Source: Rhizaria sp. SCN 62-66 (Eukaryota). Taken from it: DNA of 32,225 nt. Each line of letters begins with the position of its first letter. Within the stretch, counting starts at the first letter, position 1. Below the pieces are notes generated by a model. It did not search any database and was not told where the DNA came from. It saw nothing but the letters and a program-made list of their open reading frames with translations. Below are positions 21,034 to 32,225 of this stretch, piece by piece. The DNA lies in the NCBI GenBank assembly GCA_001724265.1, contig MEDY01000343.1, forward strand, positions 1-32,225, read 5' to 3'. Made by a program: the position numbers and the translations under genes.

Positions 21034-24000
21034 ATGCCTAACTGGTCGCCTGGGTCTTTCTCTAAGAGCGCTCTTGTTGTCGCTCTCGCGCTCGCCCTCA
21101 CCATCACCGTCGCTGCAACCTCTCACACTTCCCCAGCAACCCTAGTCCCTACCTCTCTTGCAGGGGCCTCCGCGTTCTCAGCGTCCCGCACGACTCCGCA
21201 CGACAACGCACTCACATCCATCGAGAACCTACTCCGTTTACTCGCCTCCGTCCCCGCGACCTCCATCACGACCAGCCCCACTCTCGGCTTCAACGATGTC
21301 CACGCTCGCGTTCACTCTGGCACTGGCAACGGCGTTGGCGTGAGTTCTCCCTCAAGTCTGTCCTCCAGCGCCCCATCTGCCAGCGACGCGCCCAAAAAGC
21401 CGCCGCGGCTGCACCCAATCCCTGACACGTTCCGTCCCGGCGACGACATCACTGTGTCGTGGAACAACGTGCCGCAACCCGACTGGATCGACTGGGTGGG
21501 GCTCTACTGCGGCGCGCAGGCGCAGACGCTCGACTACGCAGATCTGCAGCTCGTCGGGCTTATCCCCACCGGCGCTGGCAAGGCGGCCCGGTTCCCTAGT
21601 CTTGAGGAGCGTCGGTGCGACTACCGTGTCGACTATGTCAAGACGAGCCTTTTCTCGCCTGACGACAATAGCACCGCTGAGACGGCGACTGTGAGCGGCA
21701 TGAGTTCTGACGCGAGCGCGCATCTCACGCTGTACGACGACGACAACTACTACAGCGACGTTGAGGTCGCTGCATTGAAGGCCAACGCTGCTGCAACACG
21801 CGCCGCAGCTGCCGCTAACAGGGCCAGCCTGTCTAACGAGGACTTTGCTCTGCTCGCGGCGTACATGCCCAGCGTAGTCAACTCCATCATCAGTGCAGCA
21901 CCGACCAGCAACAGCGAGGTGAAGCTGCCGCAGCCAATTCTAGAGCACGCTCTGAGTGCGGGTCCGCCCAAACGCAGCAACCGCAAACCGCGCGTTTCTC
22001 TCGCAGCGGCCGCGAACGCTGCCGCTACGGCTCCTGGCGCTGTGACGATCACGGCGGACGGCGTCGTGGTTGGCGAGGGCGAGCGGTTAGAAGACAACGA
22101 GCGCTGGGCACGCGCGGTGTGGCGCCGTATTGTTTCTCAGTCCCGCGTCCTGCGCAACATTAAGCTCAACAGCAATAACAACAATGAGAGCAACAACAAT
22201 AATGGCATTTATCAAGAGGCGGTAACTGAGGTTTTGCAACTCAAGTCGTTGCTGCTTGAGAACTTCAGTAAGATCAAGCACATGTTCCGTTTTACTGTAA
22301 TTGCCACCGTCACCGTGCCCAGCTCCGTCCCGCTCTCGCGCCCGCACCAGGTGCGCCTCGCCCATAGTAACGAGACGGGGGCGCTCTGGGTGAGCTACAC
22401 CGCGCAGGACTCGGTTGCCGTGCGTCCCACGTGGGTTGAGTTTGGCACCGCCCCAAACTCCCTGTCGCGCCGCATTGCTGCTGCCAGTGAGACACACACC
22501 GCGCGCGAGATGTGCGCCGCGCCCGCTAACGTCACGGGACAAGTGCTGTTCTCGAATCCGGGACATCACCACAGTGCGCTGATGACGGGGCTCAAGGCAG
22601 ACACGCGCTATTTCTACCGTGTCGGCAGCGAAAGCACTGGCTGGTCGCCAGTCCACTCGTTCATTGCACCCGCCGCCTCCACAAAGCAGGGAGTGAACAC
22701 AAATGCGAACCCTAACGGCGACGTGGGCGCAGCTGCGAACGCCGACGACAGCGACAAACCAGTGCGCCTGGCGTTCGCGAGCGACTGGGGCAGCTACAAG
22801 GCCCCGCGCAGCCACTCAACCGTGTCACGCATTTTGGCCGACGCCGTGGCCGGCGACGCCGCGACGGGGGCCGCTGCGCCACCGCTGCGCGCCGTGTTTG
22901 CCGTCGGCGACGTGAGCTACGCACTGGGCTCGACGCTGCTGTGGGACAGGTTCCTGCGCATGGTGGAGCCGTTGTCGTCGCGGGTTCCGCTGCAGGTGAC
23001 CGTGGGCAACCACGAGTACACGTACCGCACGAGCGCCACGGGCACGGACATCACGGGCGAGCAGTACCCCGGGTGGCACCCCAAGTGGGGCAACATGCGC
23101 CACGACTCCGGCGGCGAGTGCGGCGTTGCTTTGGCGCGCCGCTTCAAGTCACCCTCGGGCCCTGGTGCGCGGCCCGCTGCTGCTGACGTCAGCAGTGGCA
23201 ACGCCAGCAGCGACGACGACAAGGACCAGGGCAACGGTGTGTTTTGGTACGCACTCGACCAGGGCGCGGCTAAACTCATCGCGCTGTCAAGCGACCACGA
23301 GTGGACCCACGGGTCCCGCCAGCACGCGTGGCTCAACCGCACTCTGGCCGCGGTCGACCGCACCACGCAGCCATTTGTTATCGTGCTGATCCATCGGCCG
23401 CTGTATACCACGCAGCTCTGCGAGGACGACGAGCAGATGGTGGCGATCCGCATGCGCGCCGAGCTGGAGCCGTTGCTGCAGTTCCACCGCGTTTCGCTCG
23501 TCATCAGCGGCCACCAGCACTCGTACGAGCGCTCGTGCCCGGTGCACGGCGAGCGCTGTGTGGAGCAGCCTAAAAACTGCGACAAGCGCACTGGAGAGTG
23601 CCGCAAGCAAGCCGTGGGCGCGCATGGTTACGCTGAAGGCATTGCCGCTGCAGCTGCCTCGGCAAGTGCTGGCAGTGCTGAAGCTGATATCTTGTGCGAG
23701 AGTGGCGCGGCAACCTTCGGCGCTGGTTCTGCTGCCGTCTCGCACTGCGCCGGCCGCCGTGACCCCAACGGCAACAGCAACAGTCACGGCGACGATGGGG
23801 ACGATGATGCGAGCGTGAGCGGCGACGACACGGAGAGCAAGCGCAGTCTGTACAGCCACGTGTGGCGCGGCACGGTACACCTGGTCGCGGGTAACGCGGG
23901 CGCACCGCTGCAGCCGTGCGGTTTCAGCGATAAGTTCGGCAAGTACAGCGTCGAGCGCGAAAACGTGCACGGGTATTTACGCGCGACTGTGAGCAAGAAA

Positions 24001-24078
24001 CGGCTTGAGGTAGAGCACGTGCGCACTGACGACGGCGGCGTTCATGATCGGGTCACCATCTTTCCCTGGCAGGACTAA
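21034..24078 (+). CDS. Secreted purple acid phosphatase (metallophosphoesterase with N-terminal Fn3-like domains), about 1014 aa, no intron required
   Basis: Signal or anchor sequence (SALVVALALALTITVAA) and an Fn3-like segment (ITVSWNNVPQPDWIDWVGLY). All five PAP metal-binding blocks are present: SDWG, GDVSY, GNHE, VLIHRPLY, SGHQHSYERSCP. Also DSGGECGV and HGYLR. Ends in TAA. Confidence 0.93.
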   Translation: MPNWSPGSFSKSALVVALALALTITVAATSHTSPATLVPTSLAGASAFSASRTTPHDNALTSIENLLRLLASVPATSITTSPTLGFNDVHARVHSGTGNGVGVSSPSSLSSSAPSASDAPKKPPRLHPIPDTFRPGDDITVSWNNVPQPDWIDWVGLYCGAQAQTLDYADLQLVGLIPTGAGKAARFPSLEERRCDYRVDYVKTSLFSPDDNSTAETATVSGMSSDASAHLTLYDDDNYYSDVEVAALKANAAATRAAAAANRASLSNEDFALLAAYMPSVVNSIISAAPTSNSEVKLPQPILEHALSAGPPKRSNRKPRVSLAAAANAAATAPGAVTITADGVVVGEGERLEDNERWARAVWRRIVSQSRVLRNIKLNSNNNNESNNNNGIYQEAVTEVLQLKSLLLENFSKIKHMFRFTVIATVTVPSSVPLSRPHQVRLAHSNETGALWVSYTAQDSVAVRPTWVEFGTAPNSLSRRIAAASETHTAREMCAAPANVTGQVLFSNPGHHHSALMTGLKADTRYFYRVGSESTGWSPVHSFIAPAASTKQGVNTNANPNGDVGAAANADDSDKPVRLAFASDWGSYKAPRSHSTVSRILADAVAGDAATGAAAPPLRAVFAVGDVSYALGSTLLWDRFLRMVEPLSSRVPLQVTVGNHEYTYRTSATGTDITGEQYPGWHPKWGNMRHDSGGECGVALARRFKSPSGPGARPAAADVSSGNASSDDDKDQGNGVFWYALDQGAAKLIALSSDHEWTHGSRQHAWLNRTLAAVDRTTQPFVIVLIHRPLYTTQLCEDDEQMVAIRMRAELEPLLQFHRVSLVISGHQHSYERSCPVHGERCVEQPKNCDKRTGECRKQAVGAHGYAEGIAAAAASASAGSAEADILCESGAATFGAGSAAVSHCAGRRDPNGNSNSHGDDGDDDASVSGDDTESKRSLYSHVWRGTVHLVAGNAGAPLQPCGFSDKFGKYSVERENVHGYLRATVSKKRLEVEHVRTDDGGVHDRVTIFPWQD

Positions 24079-24139
24079 GCAAACCGCATACATTGCACCA
24101 AGTGCCTGAAATGCTATGAGTTTGACTCATCGAAGCTGA

Positions 24140-24163
24140 AGTGTCACTTGTGCAAGTGGCACT
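24140..24163. other. Short hairpin between the convergent 3' ends of the PAP and phosducin-like genes
   Basis: AGTGTCACTT-GTGC-AAGTGGCACT forms a 10-bp stem with one G-U pair on the + strand. Confidence 0.35.
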
Positions 24164-24410
24164 GCCTCATTGTTGGTGATACTCGCTTACTTTTGCACTG
24201 CTTATTAACATTTGAGTATACAATACAACATCGCAACTCGCACCACATCGAGTCAAACTTTGGAATCTGTATGGTCATGAATGGGCCTTCATCGTTCATT
24301 CAATACTCGTGTTGTTCTAAGTAGTAAAAGTAGTGCAACTAGGCCGTTCCATTGCCATATCATGTAACTATGTAAACATGCAGCGCTTAATGTGTTTCTC
24401 AAGCGTTCTC

Positions 24411-25497
24411 TCAGTCAAACAGCGCCGCCTCGCGCGGGTCCTCTGTCATCTCACTGGGCACGGCACCGACCTTCGACAGGGCCCACTCAACGTCGTCCGC
24501 TGTCGTCTTGGCGCCGCAGAAGCCGTCGAGCGTGGCCCACTGCCGCATGGGCCGGCCGCGGCGGTATGCCATGACGACTGGACAGTCCCCCAGGGGAACT
24601 GACTGGAGCGCCGACGAGTGCGCCATCTTGACGAACTTGGTCGATGGGAAGCGGGTGCTGACAGCGGCCAGCAGCTCCATCAGCGCCTCGGACGCGGCGT
24701 GCGCGGGGCGGTACACGAGCAAAACGACGGGACCGTTCTGCGACGCCGCGGAGACCTCCTCAGCGAAGGTCTCGGGTGCGATTTCTACCATGAGCCCCGC
24801 GGCGCGCGCCGTGAGCGACGATGTCGCCAGCGAAGACGCGCCTGCGGAGCTCGCGGCGGCCGCGGCTGCGCGCTGCTTGAGCTCGGCGATGCGCGCGCGG
24901 CGCATGTCCTCGACCAGGCGCGCGACGGAGCCGTCGCCGGCGTTGTCGTCATCGGCGAACAGGCTGTCAGCGTCCGAGTCGGAGTCCGACTCGCTGCCCG
25001 CGTCGACAGGCGCCACGCGCTCGCCGTGCGTGTTCGAGGCGACGGCGCGGGCGGCCTCGTCGGCCTGGCGCGCGACGTGGCGCCACTCGCGGCCCGACGG
25101 CAGCTCCGCCTGGCCCGCGGAAGTCCGCGACACGTGCATCGCGTTCAGGCGGTCCGCCGAGGCCGCGGCCATCGTGGCCTCCAGCGCTGCCAGGCGCGCG
25201 GGGCGCGAGCGCGCATCCTGCATGCGCTGCACGTGCTCCAGGTGCAGTTTGTCGTGGTCAGGGTCCTTCTCGGGGGCCGTGTCGATGCCAGACTTGTACG
25301 CGAGCTCGTCCACCTCGGTGAACTTGTCTGCGCAGGGGATGCAACACGGCGAACGCAAAACAGTGAGTGATAGTGAATCAGCATAAATGAGTGCATATTA
25401 GCAATGGAATCCCCGAATACGTAAGTATAAAGTTATAGAGTAACGTACCGGACTCCCAGGGCTGCTCGTCGTCGATGTCTTGCCACGGAAGACTCAT
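24411..25497 (-). CDS. Phosducin-like protein (PhLP2/PDCL3-like, thioredoxin fold), about 321 aa; exons 25449-25497 and 24411-25327
   Basis: Phase-1 intron 25328-25448 (GTACGT..GCAG) gives MSLPWQDIDDEQPWESDKFTEVDELAYKSGI. Phosducin-type motifs: RRARIAELK, EEVSAAS..VVLLVY, RFPSTKFVK, DVEWALSKVGAVPSEMTEDPR. Ends in TGA. Confidence 0.85.
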
Positions 25498-26544
25498 CTG
25501 CTGCGGTGAAGCTCTTGGCGTAGCGGGAAGAAGCGTACACAAAGCAAATCAAGAGGTTAGACAAAAGGTGTAAGATATATGTGAATATGCGTCATTTAAA
25601 ATCCAGTAGTGCTATACTATTACCACTGACGGATGTTATGAATGTGTTCTGAGAGGTGGCGTGTCACGCGCACGACGATCTTCCGCTCGCGACCCAAAGC
25701 GACCAATGATCTCAATACGCAAACTTCGCGAACGCATGTGATAGCAAGACCCTCGGATATCAGTACGATAACAGCACTTAATATCGGATGTACTCGTTAA
25801 ATTCGTATAGGTGTAGGTCCTGAATCGGATGACCTGGGAATTTGAGGCAACCACGAAGAGGTGGACGTTGGCCACCGCGTATCTGCAACACAATCTCGAA
25901 TATGTCGAGTAATTCTAGAATAATAAATATTAACACAAGAAACAATCATCTCTGCAGATCCAAGAAATCACACATATGATGCTATATCCTCAGAATTTGA
26001 TGAGATGCACGTCTGATTCTGATGCTGGCAGGGCTCGGAGGGCGTCGACCCAATTTCGAGGCCAGACCGTCAGCAGGGACAGGACACAAATAGAAATTAC
26101 AATATTTTGTTTCGGAACGTCCGTTGCCTGGGCTATGCGTGCACTGTTATATGAGTTGATATCTGATCTAGACAAACATTCAAGCGTTTGTGGTTCTGTG
26201 CATTTTTTTCCCTGAATATCTTGGCTTTCCCATTGGGCCCCGTGAGCCACCTCCGCTGGTCACGTCGGCTGCCGTTGCCTCTGCGTTCGGTGCCCTAATC
26301 TCACTGTTTGGGTTTGTATTTCTGCATTTCTTCTACTTTGTACAGAAGAGGTTTCCTTTTTGTCTTTTCTTGACCCGAGAGCTGCGCCGTAGCCCTCTCG
26401 ACCTCTCCCGAACCCACACGGTCGCGTCACGCCCCCCACTCGTCGTGCCACCTCCTCCGCGCGGTCCCCTGCCCCGCCCTCTTTCTCTCCGCGTCTCTCC
26501 CTAGCTTTTTGCGCCGCGTCCAGCCCGCTTGCTCCGCGCCGCCG

Positions 26545-29500
26545 ATGTCGCAGCCGCCGCAGAAGCCGAAACAGGCCGCGCAGCCTGACCCGTTGGCCAA
26601 CGTTAAGTCTGGTTCCTACCGTTTCACGGATGAGCAGCTCCAAGCCATCGCGCATGACGTACGCCCTTCATTCTGTCTCTCGCAAGTCACATCTCTCCCG
26701 ATATTACCCCTTTTGGCGCGTTTTATGTAGCTCTTCACTTTCTCGCTGTAATTCTAACCTTTGTCGCTCGTCTATCCTATTTTTCTATATGCTTTATCTG
26801 GGTGCTTCAGGCTGCGAACGGCTCGACCTCGTTCCCAGTCCCGTCTCGCTCTCTGCCCATCTCAGTGGCGCACGCCAACGCCGCAGCCGCGCCCGTTGCG
26901 CCGTCCCCGACCTCCGGCAGCGTGTCCTTGGCTCTGGAATCCTTCCTCAACTCGCCCCCGCAGTCAGCCACCCCCGGCAGCACCACGCCCTGGCAGCCCC
27001 AGCAGCACGCGCAGTCGCAGTCGCTAGCGGGCCAACTGCAGCAGCAGCGGCCGACGCTGACCAGCACGGCCTCAGCGTCCAGCTCCCACAGCAACAGCAG
27101 CGGCACCCCGTCAAGCAACGGCAACGGCGAGTTCACCTTCCGCATGGCCGGCGTGCCCACCGGCGCCCTCAACACCGCTGCGGCGGCCTCTGGTGGCAGC
27201 AGCGCGTCGCCGGGGCTTGCGGGCGGGCTTCACACGTCCAACATCTCTAGCCCGCACCTGGGCGCCGCTGGCGGCGGCACGCTTCGCTCGCGCGCGCGCA
27301 CGTCGTCGATCCCGGTCCCGGTCTCGGCCGCCGAGGCGCTTGCACTCGCGGCCGCGACGAACGGGAATCTTGCCGGGAGTGTGGCCGGCGGCGGGCGCGG
27401 CGGGCTGAGCACGCCGAGCGGGCTTAGCTCGCCGTCGTCGCCGCTGTCGCCGCTCGCCGGCGTGCCCATCGAGGCCGCCTCCGCCTCCCCGCCTTCTACT
27501 ATGGGGGGCATGGGCTCCACTCTCGGCGCAGGGCACTTGGGCAGTCAGTCGGCCGCCGCAGGCGCTGCGGGCGTCAGCTCGTCCCCCACGCTCTCCGGCC
27601 TGACCCGCGGGGCCCGGTCCGCCTCCCGCGCCAGCGCCAGCCCTAGCCCCAGCCCGCTGCCGCGCGCGCTGCCCCTCGGCGCCGTCGGCGCCGTCGCTGC
27701 TGGCGAGTCGGCTGCCGGCGGGCCCGTGGCGCCGTCGCCGCGGGCCGGCGCGCGTGGCAGCTTTGGCCCCGGCGCTGGGGATGCGGCGAGCTGCAGCGCA
27801 GTCAGGCTCGGGCTGCGGCCGCGTGGCGCGTCCGCGGCCTTGTCGTCGCCGCCCACCGGCGCCCTTAACACCGCCATCACTGGCAGCAGCAGCAGCAGTA
27901 GTAGTGTTGGCGGCGCTGGTCCCGGTCCCGCTCAGCCGTACGGCACCGCCACGGGCGGGTTTCCCACCGCGAGCGGCGGGTTCCCGACTGCGAGCGGCGG
28001 GTTCGACGGCGTCTACATGGGCGACAATGCGGGCCACGCAGACTACGTCGCCGCCGTGGCGTCTGCGCGCCGTGTCAGCATGTCGGGCCGCCAACCCACG
28101 CTCAACGCCGACGGGACCTTCTCCGACGCGCCCGCCCATAGTGCTGGGGCGGGGGGCGCGGCGTCGCACGCCGGCAGCGGCGTGTTTGGCGGGTCCATGT
28201 CCAGCCTCAGCGCCTCCAGCCTTGGCTCCCTCGGGCTCGGCGTCGGCAGCGGCAGCGGCGGCATTGGTCTAGGCTCTGGTGCGGGCGCCGGGGCTGGCGT
28301 GGGCCGCGCGCGCGCTGCGTCGACGGCCTCTGCCTCCGCGGCGGCCGCTCTGTTGGCCCCGGCCGGCGGCACGTCCCCCGTCGCAGAGGAGGGCTACGAC
28401 CACCACGACCACGAAGACGACGGCAGCGGCGGTTTGAACCGTGGCGACACCTCGCTGTACCTCTCGGACCCCGGACTGGGCTCGCCTGAGGGCAGCGCGG
28501 CCGGCGCGGGCGCGGTCGACGCCGTGGACGCCGGCGCCGCCGCGGGGGCGCTCGCTGGCCTCGGCCGCGGCAGCCTCAGCGGCGGCGGCGGCACCATCAA
28601 GAGACCGTCGCCTTCGCTGCACCGGCGCCGCGAGAGCGGCCGCCTCTACAGCAACGCCGCCGCAGATGGCAGTGGCAGCGGCGGTGGCAGCGATGCGAAC
28701 GCGAACTCTGGCCTCACGCCAGGGTTGGTCTCCGTGACCGCCTCTGGCTCGGCGGCCTCTAGCTCCGCCGCTGTCCACGGTCACCGCGACGCATCTTCAG
28801 TGGACGACGGCGCGGCCTCAACGACGACCGACGGTGAAGGCGACAGCGACGGCGACGGCCGCGGCGGGCTGCGTGCGGGCGGCGGCGGCAGCGGGGCGCA
28901 CCGTTTCTCCTCCATCCGACACCTGGTGCAGTTGGGCACGCTCTCCCGCGGTGCGCTGCTGGAGGACCCCACGACGACGGCGGCTGGCTCACTGGGCAGT
29001 CCGCGGGCCTCGCGGGCCGCCGCCGCCGCCTCTGTGGCCGCCGCGGCCGCCGCCGCCACCGCGGGGGGCTGCCCCGAAGAGCACGACGACGGGCTACACG
29101 GCCGCGGTCACTCTGGCGCGCTCTGCGACCACGAAGAGGGCGACGAAGAGGGCGCTGCGTCAGGTAACACACCGCACAAGCACATGCGCAGCAGCAGCCG
29201 CAGCAGCACCGGCAGCGCCGGCGGCGGCGGCAGCGGCGGGGAGCGCGTCCGCCGCCTCAGCATCACCGACCCGCTGCCGCAGCTGCCATCCGCACGCACC
29301 GGCGCCGGCGCCGGCGGCAGCGGCAGCGGCCTCGGTGGCGATGGCGGCGACGCGGCCGGCTCGAAACTGGCCCGCGACTCGTTCTTCGATGTCTCGCTCG
29401 TCTCATCCTCGTCCTCGACCTCCGCGGCGTCGGCCTCGTCGGCCGCGGCCGAGGCCGGCGGCGCGGCCGAGGGCGGCGGCATGGGCATGGGCATCGGCAT

Positions 29501-32225
29501 GGGCAGCCGCGGCGGCGTGGGCAGCACGATCGGCATCACCGGCAGCGGCGCCCGGTCGCTCACCCGCCGCGCGTCGCTCGTCCTCGCCCCGCAAGAGGTC
29601 CAGGAGGTCATCGCCGCAGCGGCCGCCGCCGCCGCCGCCACGGGCGCCGCGTCTGCGGCCGCTGTGGGCGCGATCGGCGGCTCTGACGACATCCTCCACG
29701 CTGGCGCCGGCAGCGACGACGACGGCGGGCTCACCGTCGTCATCCGGGATGGCAGTGGTGATACGAAGACGGCGGCCGGCGCCGGCGCCGCGCGCGCCCC
29801 GCCGGCGCGGCCGCACCGCCCGTCGACGACGGCCTCGCTGTCGGTCAACACTCTCTCGCCCTCGGCCTCAGCCTCCGGGGTTGCGGGGGGGGCGGGCTTC
29901 GCCGCGGGTCCCGGTGCCGGCAGCGGCGTTGACGGTCCGGCCCCCGCGCTGCCGCCGCGGCCGCGTATGAGCTTCCTGGCGACGCCAACGCGGCCCGCTC
30001 AGTCCTCCGCGGGCCCCCAGGCCTCGACGCCACGCACCTGGGTCGCGGGCAGTGGAGCCGACGCTGACGCCGCCGCCGCCACGGGCGCCAGAGCAGGGCG
30101 CTCTGGGTCAACTGGCGCGGCGCCGGTTGACGACATGGTGCGGGTCAGCGCGGCGCAGCGCGCGGCGGCAGCGGCGGCGCGGAAGCCGGGCAACGCGCGT
30201 GCCAGCAGCACGACAGCGGCCGACTCGGCCTCGGCCAAGGCGCGCGCCGCCGCAGCTGCAGCCGCCGCAGCCGCCGCCGCCCGCGCGCGCGCCGCGGGGC
30301 CGGGCCGCGCACCGCTGCTGCCGCTACTGACGCCGGCGCCTGCGTCGCTGGCGTGGCAGCGGCGGCTCTTCGACTATTTCGTCGTCATGGGGCTGCCGGC
30401 ACAGGACTTCGCGGCCGAGCTGGTGCGCGCGCAAGGCGTGCCGCGCGTGCTCGACCGCTATCCCAAGACCGACTACGCCGACTGCCGCGTCGAGGACTCG
30501 TGGGCGCTGCTCGCCTTCCCGGGTGGGCTTTCGCTCTCAAACGTTGCGCGGCCCGTGTTGACGCACCACGCAGCGCTCACCTTGGTCTCCGGTATGCGGC
30601 TGTACGCGACGTTCGTGCGTTTCGACACCGAGGTGGTGTGGCCGCGGCAGACGGTGCTGTTTCGCGGTGACGCGCCGCTGGCCGACGGGCTGTCGACCTC
30701 GGCCACGGCGGCCGCCTTCGCCGCCGCGTCCGGCGCTCAGCAGGTGTCGGCGCGCACCGCGGCAGCGAAGCTGGGCGCCGTGCTGCATTGTGCGCACTGC
30801 CCACACAGCGCGGCCGCCGTCAGCGCGCGCGCGGGCGAAGCTAATGAGGCGGCGACGGCGCAGCTGGCCGCCACGTTCAACGGGCTCACGCGGCAGGTCT
30901 CGCGCGCGGAGCCCGGCGAGGCGTGCGCAGAGGCCGCCGCGCTCGGCCGCCGCTGCTGCGGGCTCAGCGACGGCGACGACTACGACTGCACCGCCTCTGC
31001 CTCTCGCTCTAACCCCAACTCTAACAGGAACGAAGCGAGCGCGACTGCGATGCCGGTGCTCGCGCGCTGCACGTGCGGCGGCAGCGCACGCGACTGCAGC
31101 GGCGGCGACGGCGACGGGTGCGACGACCCCGACGGCCTCGTCGGCTCCGGCGGCCGCGGGCGCAGTCGTGGATCTGTCACGGCGCGGCCTCGGCGGCCAT
31201 CGCCCGCGGCGCTGGCGCAGGCCCGCGCGCGCGCCGGCAGTCGCGCCGGCAGCGACATCGCGGGCGAGCCCGACTCGGGGGGCGTGTTCGGCATCCCCGA
31301 CGCCGGCGGCGCCAACGACTACGACGACGACGACGACGAGCCCGATGAGGACGACGACGAGCTCCACCGGTACCCGCCCTCCGCGTTCATGTCCAGTCGC
31401 CGCGCCGGCTCCCCCACGGGCTACCGCTCCGTGCTCGCGAACATGGCGCCCTCGCCGGCCTCCACCGCGGCCGCCGCGGCTGCCGGCACAGGCGCGGGCA
31501 CAGCTGGTGGCGGCTCCGACGGGACGGCGCGTGTGCTGGCGCAGGCTCTCGCACAGCAGCTCGAGCTCCGCCGGCTCACCGCGCAGCGCGCCGCCGCCAT
31601 CGCCGCCGTCACCACGGCCGCTGCGGCCGCCGCTGCCGCCGCCGCGGGCGCCCTGTCCGCCGTCGCAGCCGCGACCGCTGCGGCCGTGAACGGCGGCGCG
31701 AGCGGCTTTGGCGGCGCCGACGCGCTCGCCGCGGCCTTCGCGGGCACGGGCCTCCTCCCGCCGTCCCTGGGCGGCGGCGCTGCCGCGGGCTCGTTCCCCT
31801 ACCCGTCGCTGCTGCGCAGCGTCGGCGGCGTGCCTCTGGCCGGCACCGCCGCCGAGGACGTGCCGTCGCTGGTGCTGGTGCCGCACGTCGCGCAGCCCGT
31901 CCCGCGCGGCTCCGGCAAGACTAAGTCCAACGCTTATGCTAGCAGCGGCAGCAGCAGTGTGGCGGGCGCCTGGGGGCACCCGTTCGCGTCCTCCGCCGCC
32001 GCCTCTGCCGCGGCCGCCGCCGGCACGCGCTGGTCCCCCCGCGGCACCCCCGTCAACGGCGCCGCGTTTGCAGACGACCTCCCCGCCGCCGTCGCCGCGA
32101 CGGTCGCCGCGGGCGCCGGCCACGCGGCCTCGTGCCCGCGCGCACGCGCCGCCGCGGCTGCGGTGGCGAGCGCCAACGCGGCCGCGGCGTCGGCGACGCG
32201 GCTGCCGGGCCGCGCGGGCGTGGCG
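26545..32225 (+). CDS. Very large DENN-domain protein (putative Rab GEF), 5' part; exons 26545-26658 and 26811->32225
   Basis: Phase-0 intron 26659-26810 (GTACGC..TTCAG). Exon 2 appears open for 1805 codons to the window edge, which is why the ORF track omits it. A uDENN motif lies at about 30363-30630: RLFDYFVVMG..PRVLDRYPKTDY..LLAFPGGL..LTLVSGMRLYATFVRF. Confidence 0.85.
27954..28004 (+). repeat. 21-nt imperfect tandem repeat, about 2.4 copies, encoding GGFPTAS-GGFPTAS-GGF
   Basis: GGCGGGTTTCCCACCGCGAGC GGCGGGTTCCCGACTGCGAGC GGCGGGTTC. Confidence 0.8.

Noticed and set aside
25500-26540. Short ORFs between the divergent phosducin-like and DENN genes (and similarly 20450-21030)
   Set aside because: They lack the GC-rich codon bias of the real genes and are best explained as promoter or 5' UTR sequence.
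1-32225. CRISPR arrays, tRNA/rRNA genes, transposons or prokaryotic defence systems
   Set aside because: I saw no repeat-spacer arrays, cloverleaf motifs, terminal repeats or transposase/RT motifs. The locus is eukaryotic with spliceosomal introns.

Overview
GC-rich, gene-dense nuclear DNA from an intron-containing eukaryote (probably a protist; I cannot name the taxon). The window holds ten protein-coding genes, reconstructed by hand with GT-AG introns of 121-247 nt. They are: the 5' part of RPS6, a secreted protein resembling an uncharacterised bacterial family, a very large BTB-BACK(-SPRY-like) protein, mitochondrial ETF-ubiquinone oxidoreductase, ATP synthase delta, proteasome subunit RPN2, a probable mitochondrial membrane protein, a purple acid phosphatase, a phosducin-like protein, and the 5' part of a very large DENN-domain protein. 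The main finding is that TAG seems to act as a sense codon. Three in-frame TAGs interrupt otherwise intact genes (5332 and 6604 on +, 20233-20235 on -), and two of them fall inside single BTB and BACK domains. All eight gene ends visible here use TAA or TGA. This suggests a non-standard nuclear code in which UAG is uncoupled from UAA; readthrough, editing, micro-introns and nonsense alleles remain alternatives. A four-motif promoter module is shared by RPS6 and ATP synthase delta. I found no RNA genes, CRISPR arrays or mobile elements.
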